DNA of 64,000 bases from Mizuhopecten yessoensis (lineage: Eukaryota): the NCBI RefSeq assembly GCF_002113885.1, contig NW_018406801.1, positions 13,241 to 77,240 on the forward strand, written 5' to 3'. The notes under the pieces are model-generated. The model was not told where the DNA came from and searched no databases. It worked only from the letters and a program-made list of their open reading frames with translations. Below, piece after piece: positions 57,901-64,000 of the stretch (positions within the stretch are counted from its first letter, which is position 1; every line of letters begins with the position of its first letter). A program made the translations under genes and the position numbers.

Positions 57901-58569
57901 TCAAAGGACTGGAACTTAAGCGCCACAGAGAAGTGTTCTTCCACAGAAATTTTCCAGATGCACTCTTTGTTCGGTTTGTAGTCGTCAGGATAGTTGGGGC
58001 TAGTTAGCTGTCCATTCTCCTTGTAGATTTCACCACCACAAATAGCTGTCCAACAAAACACAGGATCAACCAGAGCTTCTACAGCCGACACCAGCGTAAT
58101 CAGTGTATACTTTCAAAGTGGAAATTATTGCAATTAGGAAATGTTCATTGTTTTCACGATGAGTAAATTAGTGAGAAAATATCCACACGCATATATCATT
58201 GAGTATAGAAATATAGAATATGAAGATTTTAGAACCGTTACAAACGCAAAAATTTCGACACCGGGATCACTTAAAAGAGTCAGAAGGCGATAAGCTTCAC
58301 TTTTACAGTAATCAATCAATACCAGTCTGCTGTGTGATTTATACTAACGGTCAATTGTGACAATGATACTGATACGCTTGAAAATTCATTTTGTCAACAG
58401 AAAAATAAAATAACATTTAACGTTTAAACTAGAATATTTTGTCATTTGACCTTACCTTCATACTGAGCACTAAACCCTGACCCCTGACCTCTGCTTGACC
58501 TGTACTCCAGCCACATGCGACTGTCTGAAGAGATGAGAGTTGCTGGGATTCGGTCACCACAGTAACGAC
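45789..58569 (-). CDS. TLL: Tolloid-like/BMP1 astacin-family metalloprotease, 3' half (end of CUB1, CUB2, EGF1, CUB3, EGF2, CUB4, CUB5); 5' exons outside the window
   Basis: Minus-strand GT-AG exons in transcript order: 58569-58456, 58045-57900, 51998-51803, 50754-50632, 50366-50206, 49980-49797, 49471-49346, 48961-48620, 47512-47335, 46634-46562, 45944-45789 (TAG). All phases are compatible. The CUB-CUB-EGF-CUB-EGF-CUB-CUB order and motifs such as [54 protein letters not shown] and [12 protein letters not shown] are diagnostic of the Tolloid/mTLD family. I found no astacin-domain or early CUB1 exon in 58570-64000. Confidence 0.95.
46562..46634 (-). CDS. TLL: Tolloid exon, middle of CUB5
   Basis: ggacag| [24 protein letters not shown] |gtcagt. 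Confidence 0.92.
47335..47512 (-). CDS. TLL: Tolloid exon, first part of CUB5
   Basis: gtaaag| [60 protein letters not shown] |gtgagt; AAG acceptor. Confidence 0.92.
47690..48626 (-). repeat. 54-bp tandem repeat (at least 17 copies) built on the tolloid CUB4 exon 5' splice site
   Basis: Minus-strand unit GTAAGCTACGTCAAACTGTTGTGACATGTAGGCTACTCTAAACTCTAAAGACAG; N at 48409. Confidence 0.97.
48620..48961 (-). CDS. TLL: Tolloid exon, CUB4
   Basis: tactag| [33 protein letters not shown]...[18 protein letters not shown] |gtaagc. Confidence 0.95.
49346..49471 (-). CDS. TLL: Tolloid exon, calcium-binding EGF2
   Basis: ttgcag| [42 protein letters not shown] |gtaagg. Confidence 0.95.
49575..49790. 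repeat. Degenerate repeat of about 23 bp in a tolloid intron
   Basis: CATTAGGAAGTGTTCATTTTGT variants. Confidence 0.75.
49797..49980 (-). CDS. TLL: Tolloid exon, second half of CUB3
   Basis: tgacag| [13 protein letters not shown]...[38 protein letters not shown] |gtaatg. Confidence 0.95.
50206..50366 (-). CDS. TLL: Tolloid exon, first half of CUB3
   Basis: attag| [54 protein letters not shown] |gtgagc. Confidence 0.95.
50632..50754 (-). CDS. TLL: Tolloid exon, calcium-binding EGF1
   Basis: ttacag| [41 protein letters not shown] |gtaaat. Confidence 0.93.
50703..51147 (-). repeat. 89-bp tandem repeat (5 copies) spanning the EGF1 acceptor and first 17 codons
   Basis: Copies at 50703, 50792, 50881, 50970 and 51059. 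Confidence 0.95.
51803..51998 (-). CDS. TLL: Tolloid exon, second half of CUB2
   Basis: accag| [65 protein letters not shown] |gtaggt. Confidence 0.95.
52772..52875 (+). mobile_element. Degenerate second tRNA-containing LTR plus PBS-like site (related to 11182-11566)
   Basis: TAGCTCAGTTGGT A box, then CATTTGTCCTCTCCTGTTATA-GTGGTGC, matching the LTR1 end and PBS of the 11182 element. Confidence 0.5.
53155..54230. repeat. 30-bp minisatellite
   Basis: CCACCACCAATCTGCTAGTCCGTTCTCCAA and the variant CCACCACCAATCTGTTTGTCCACTCTCCAA. Confidence 0.95.
54400..57790 (-). mobile_element. Degenerate Penelope-like element RT (possibly Naiad-type), interrupted by a 70-bp satellite
   Basis: Minus-strand relics in the expected order: [31 protein letters not shown] (cf. 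HDKYVVVPADKASNN), [15 protein letters not shown] (cf. DFSTLYTxIPH), a frameshifted GIPMGTNC-like region, LETNET..AFIDI and [19 protein letters not shown]. Confidence 0.7.
55451..57530. repeat. 70-bp near-perfect tandem array, about 30 copies
   Basis: GTCATTAGATACTTTGTCTACTGATACAACTACATACCTACCATGTTGTAGTGTTACAGACACGGAGTAG. Confidence 0.98.
57900..58045 (-). CDS. TLL: Tolloid exon, first half of CUB2
   Basis: gacag| [49 protein letters not shown] |gtaggt. Confidence 0.95.
58456..58569 (-). CDS. TLL: Tolloid exon, end of CUB1
   Basis: ttttag| [38 protein letters not shown] |gtaagg. Confidence 0.93.
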
Positions 58570-59189
58570 CTAAAACCGAGAAAGTCATTCTAAAAGTTGA
58601 CGAATACATGTCAAAAGGACATAATTTGTCAATAGTTGCTGTTCCATTGTAGTAGTAATAGCTGTTCCTTTGACCCCGATATCAACAAAGACAACTTTTA
58701 TGAGTTGTAGTCGGTACGTATTTGATGTCATTGCTGTCTGTAAGCAGGAGAACACAGTGTAGATCTACAAATATGTACCGCGCCTTATCACCTGTACCTC
58801 TAACACAGGGTGACATCACTCTGCACGTACATACTAGGATCACTTGTATATACTCACGTATTTCTGCATTCATTTGCTGTTTGTGGAACATTGGTATAGA
58901 AATAACAATGTATTGATGAATGTGTTACTTTGTATTAAATAATGCTAAATAAAATGCGGATGCATCAAGTTTTTCTATCATAACTGCAACATTGACCAAC
59001 GTGCACTGAAACTGATTTTGTTTTCATGAAAAGTTATGGTTCTTCTTTGTATATTGTATTTATTGTTCACACTTACACACCAACAGTGTAAGGGCACCTA
59101 CTAACTACTAAAGGTAGATCGTGTATATCCATAAGTACCCTCGCTACACGTACGATACTGTTAACAATTAAAAACCATAGTTTGGACAT

Positions 59190-60690
59190 CGTATACCACT
59201 CAATACCATTGTTTGGGATCCTTCTATCACTAAATATCATTGTTCAGACTCTATACCACTCAATACCACTGTTCGGACTCTATACCACTCAATAACACTA
59301 TTTGGGATCTTTCTATCACTCGATACCATTGTTCAGACTCTACCACTCAATACCACTGTTTGGGATCTTTCTATCACTCGATACCATTGTTCAGACTCTA
59401 CTACCCAATACCACTGTTTGGGATCTTTCTATCATGCGATACCATTGTTCAGACTCTACCACTCAATACGACTGTTCAGACGCTATACCACTCAATACCA
59501 CTGTTTGTGATCTTTCTATCATGCGATACGATTGTTCAGACTCTACCACTCAATACGACTGTTCAGACTCTATACCACTCAATACCACTGTTTGTGATCT
59601 TTCTATCATGCGATACGATTGTTCAGACTCTACCACTCAATACGACTGTTCAGACTCTATACCACTCAATACCACTGTTTGTGATCTTTCTATCATGCGA
59701 TACCATTGTTCAGACTCTACCACTCAATACGACTGTTTGGGATCTTTCTATCACTCAATACCATTGTTCAGACTCTACCACTCAATACCTCTGTTTGGGA
59801 TCTTTCTATCACTCGATACCATGGTTCAGACTCTACCACTCAATACCACTGTTTGTGATCTTTCTATCATGCGATACCATTGTTCAGACTCTACCACTCA
59901 ATACCTCTGTTTGGGATCTTTCTATCACTCGATACCATGGTTCAGACTCTACCACTCAATACCACTGTTTGTGATCTTTCTATCACTCGATAACATTGTT
60001 CAGACTCTACCACTCAATACGACTGTTCAGACTCTATGCCACTCAATACCACTGTTTGGGATCTTTCTATCACTCGATACCATTTTTCAGACTCTACCAC
60101 TCGATACCATTGTTCAGACTCTACCACTCAATACCACTGTTTGGTATCTTTCTATCACTCGATACGACTGTTCAGACTCTATACCACACAATACCACTGT
60201 TTGGGATCCTTCTATCACTCGATACCATTGGTCAGACTCTACCACTCGATACCATTGTTTAGGATATTTCTACCACTCAATACCATTGTTCAGACTCTAC
60301 CACTCAATACTACTGTTTGGGATCTTTCTATCACTCAATACCATTGTTCAGACTCTACCACTCAATACCACTGTTTGGGATCTTTCTATCACGCGATACC
60401 ATTGTTCAGCCTCTACCACTCGATACCATTGTTCAGACTATACCACTCAATGCCACTGTTTGGGATCTTTCTATCACTCGATACGACTGTTCAGACTCTA
60501 CCACTCAATACCACTGTTTGGGATCTTTCTATCACGCGATACCATTGTTCAGACTCTACCACTCGATACCATTGTTCAGACTATACCACTCAATACCACT
60601 GTTTGGGATCTTTCTATCACTCGATACGACTGTTCAGACTCTACCACTCAATACCACTGTTCAGACTCTAACACTAAATACCACTGTTTC
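59190..60690. repeat. Compound minisatellite of alternating 28-31-bp subunits
   Basis: CACTCAATACCACTGTTTGGGATCTTTCTAT and CACTCGATACCATTGTTCAGACTCTAC. Confidence 0.93.
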
Positions 60691-62671
60691 CCCTAATCAA
60701 CCCGTTTTACACATATTTCATTATGTTTTGTATGCCACTTACCACCACTGTTTAGACTCTGGATACCTCACAATAACACCAATGATAGGACCACGCGTAC
60801 TACTCAATATCAGTTTAAGGTCATACAATACCGATGCTATACTATGCCACTTCTAACTGTCACACATCCTACAGTAGAAGTGTGGCCATGTTTTACCTAT
60901 CCCCATATAAATTGCACTAGCAATGAAATACCCATGAACCAGGATTATACCTTGTCACATACCTTTGTCGTACAAAGAAATGCATATGTACCATTGGTAG
61001 TGTGCCAGGAAGTGTTGTAGATATAAAGTACATCCTTTTCGGTGCATCACCTGTCATAATCTACCCACAAGAACTGCATCATTGGTGCAACACCAGATGA
61101 TAAGGTTATATATAGTACATCTCCTATCATACAGATCAGACCTCGGCAGTCCGCAGAGGGGTGCTTCACAAAGTTACAAGAGTGTCTAGACAGTGTACCA
61201 TTGTAGCAGCAGGCTACGGGGTCCTCGCATAAGTTTGTAGGGAGAACAAATGTTTCAATCCTCCAGGAACATAGTTTTAATTCGAAAGTTACGCTCCAAT
61301 ACATCAATGTAAAATTTGCTGCCCATTATTATATCACAATAAACAACGTATTTAGAGAGGCTGCTACCGTGACCTTAATCATGTGTAAGCTTAGCCTAGT
61401 TAAGCATACTTGATAGCCGACTAAATAAGCTGAACCACTTAACAATATCTGTTATTTTAAGTTGTATACTTAACAAGTTTGATTATATATTCTAACATAA
61501 AAGTCTGTTCAATTCTCAGCAGTAAAATGTCAAATTAGATTTTTTAATTTTAATTTTTAATAAGCTGTTAAAGATTTGATACATTACACCACTTCGACCT
61601 TGAAGGAACATCAAGGTCATTTGCCATATATCACTATCGCCAGAGACATTATGGAATTTAAGGACGGTTTTAAAGCATCACAAGATGCTAGAAAACATTT
61701 ATGTTGACCTTTGTTATCATGGTTTGCCCAAGGTGCCCAGTGCCACATGCATCCGCCAAACGAGCTCGTACATCTGTAGCCCCGACAGTGTGAATCTTCT
61801 ACATACACTTGACAGTAAGATAGTTAACTTTTTTATCGCGAATCTAGATATTTCATGTTGTTTGTCTGATCAGAGAAAAAGAATGCTTTTGATTACACAT
61901 GCTACACTTTCTAACCTGTTTTAATGTAGTTTTATTGATACTTAGTCCTGACAAAAAAAGCACAACACACATAACATCGCAATCATGTGTTGGTTTTTAT
62001 GGCAAGAAGAATCCATGATGACTTAGTGAGTCAACTTTGTACCTCCAGATCAATACTTGCTTGCCAATGTTACGATGAATATACCCAACACTGCCAATTA
62101 CACGTCAAAACTTGTCCATTTAGCACGACCTCCAGCCCTTCTACCAGCCATTTCCTTTTCTCAGCCATAGCTACACTCAACCAAACATAGGGGCACATAC
62201 AATCAATTGACCAGAACACCGTGTGTTGGGGGAATATTGAAGAAACTGCAAATTATTATGATCCTCTCACATGAAATTTTGACTTGTCGCACTAAAGACA
62301 TGATAAGTCCTATATTCTGTCAGTCACCGCATGTAACCGTTGACCTTGAACCTTGACATTGGACTGAAGTCCCTGTCTGTCTTATATCTATATAGAGCTT
62401 GTTAGTCGGCGGAGATTTTTTTATTTGTCCTTTGTCCTTCTAAAATTTATTCATTGAAGTTGTACATTTTAGTACAAACACAATGAATTTGATACAAATA
62501 CCATTTGATACAAACACAATATATCATGTGGTACAAGTTAATTCTAAAATCGTACAATGACAAGTGTATTACGGTACAAACAAAATACAGTATGGAACAA
62601 ACACAATACAGTAGGGAACAAACATAATATAGTATTTTACAGACATCTGGCACAAACACAACAAAATAATT

Positions 62672-63390
62672 CAACAGGAGTGGATTTGTCGCCTGCGCAG
62701 CGCTTTTAGTGATATAGTTTGAGGTTGATAGGCCCAAGGAAACTGGACTTATCGCACGGAAACAGTTTTTCTATTTATAGTAACGGCGACATTGACCTCT
62801 GATCTTCGGACAGGAAAAGCAATCCCAAGCAAGCACTATTGGTTAGAAAGCACTGTATGAAGGCTAAGTTCGATCAACCCAAAGAAACTGTAGTTATTTC
62901 ACAGAAACAGATTTTCTATTTATAGTAACGTTGACCTTGACCTTTGATCTTCGGACCTGAAAAGCAATCCCAAACAAGTACTTTTAGTTAGGAAGCACCG
63001 CATGAACATTGAGTTCAATCAACCTTAAGGAACTAAGGTTATTGCACGGAAACATATTTTCTATTTATAGTAACAGTGACCTTGACCTTTGACAATCGGA
63101 CATGAAAATTAATCCCAAGCAAGCGCTATCGGTAAAAGCACTGTATGAAATCTGAGCTCGATCGACCTAAAGAAACTCGAGTTATCGCACGGAAACATAT
63201 TTTCTATTTATAGTAACGGTGACCTTGACCTTTAACATTCGGACCTGAAAAGCAATACGAAGCAAGCACTTTCAGTAGGAAAGCACTGTAAGTAGTTTGA
63301 GTTCAATCAACCGAAAGGAACTCAAGTTATCGACACAACGACGACAAAGTAATATCTATATGTCGCCTCGCGTGGCAGCCGAACCAAAAA
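62672..63390 (-). mobile_element. HINE/Helentron-like element with about 4 internal repeats of about 145 bp
   Basis: Units with CACGGAAACA..TTTCTATTTATAGTAAC..GACCTTGACCTT at about 62755, 62900, 63046 and 63188; ACGACGAC microsatellite and a GC hairpin near 63340-63390. Confidence 0.6.
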
Positions 63391-63419
63391 TACGGCACGC
63401 ACAATAGAATATGGTATTA

Positions 63420-64000
63420 ACAAAATACAAAATAGTACAAACACAATACAATATGGTTTAAACACAACGCGATACAAACACAATACAATACAAACACAAT
63501 ACAATGTGGTTTAAACACAACACGATACAAACACAATACAATGTGGTATAAACACAATACGATACCAACGCAATACAATGTGGTATAAAAACCACACGAT
63601 ATTAACACAATTAGGTATGGTATAAACACAACACGATACGAACACAATATAATGTGATATAAATACCACACGATACAAAGACAATGCAATTTTGTATAAA
63701 CACAACACTATACAAACACGATACAACATAGTATAAACACAACACGATACGAACACAATATAATGTGATATAAACACAACACGATACAAACACAATACAA
63801 TGTGGTATAAACACAATACGATACCAACACAATACAATGTGGTATAAAAACCACACGATATTAACACAATTAGGTATGGTATAAACACAACAAGATACTA
63901 ACACGGTTCAACACAGTATAAACACAACACGATACAAACACAATTAGGTATGGTATAAACACAACACGATACGAACACAATATAATGTGATATAAATACC
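63420..64000. repeat. Low-complexity A/C-rich repeat (ACACAATACAA-type)
   Basis: AAACACAACACGATACAAACACAATACAATGTGGTAT variants. Confidence 0.88.

Noticed and set aside
59240-60856. 464-aa and overlapping Cys/Thr-rich ORFs
   Set aside because: Translations of a compound minisatellite; the same peptides recur in all three frames.

Overview
AT-rich animal genomic DNA, most likely from a bivalve mollusc (inferred from its HINE/pearl-like, V-domain SINE and Penelope-like repeats). Two conserved, intron-rich genes face each other tail to tail. TM9SF3 is on the + strand (10460-28824; 14 coding exons found; the expected exon 2 is absent, probably lost at the N at 12605). The 3' half of a Tolloid/BMP1-like metalloprotease is on the - strand (11 exons, end of CUB1-CUB2-EGF-CUB3-EGF-CUB4-CUB5, 58569-45789; the 5' part lies beyond the window). 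Two putative last exons of an unidentified gene lie at 739-1410. Mobile elements include a 4.7-kb Academ-like element (TAG..CTA ends, long TIRs, TAA TSD, intron-containing transposase relic, two nested insertions), a full-length dead Tc1 (DD34E), a piggyBac relic nested in another TIR element, a Kolobok-type MITE, several HINEs, a tRNA/V-domain SINE, a Penelope-like RT relic and a 385-bp LTR mini-element whose LTRs contain a tRNA-like sequence. There are also about 15 tandem arrays. The most notable observations are: (1) tandem arrays that copy real splice sites of the tolloid gene, namely 16 extra units of the exon-end/donor junction (13 still CAG|GTAAGC) and 4 extra EGF acceptor/half-exons; (2) the TM9SF3-tolloid adjacency, which mirrors human TM9SF3-TLL2; (3) the tRNA-in-LTR mini-retroelement; (4) a homogeneous 70-bp satellite derived from retroelement RT coding sequence.
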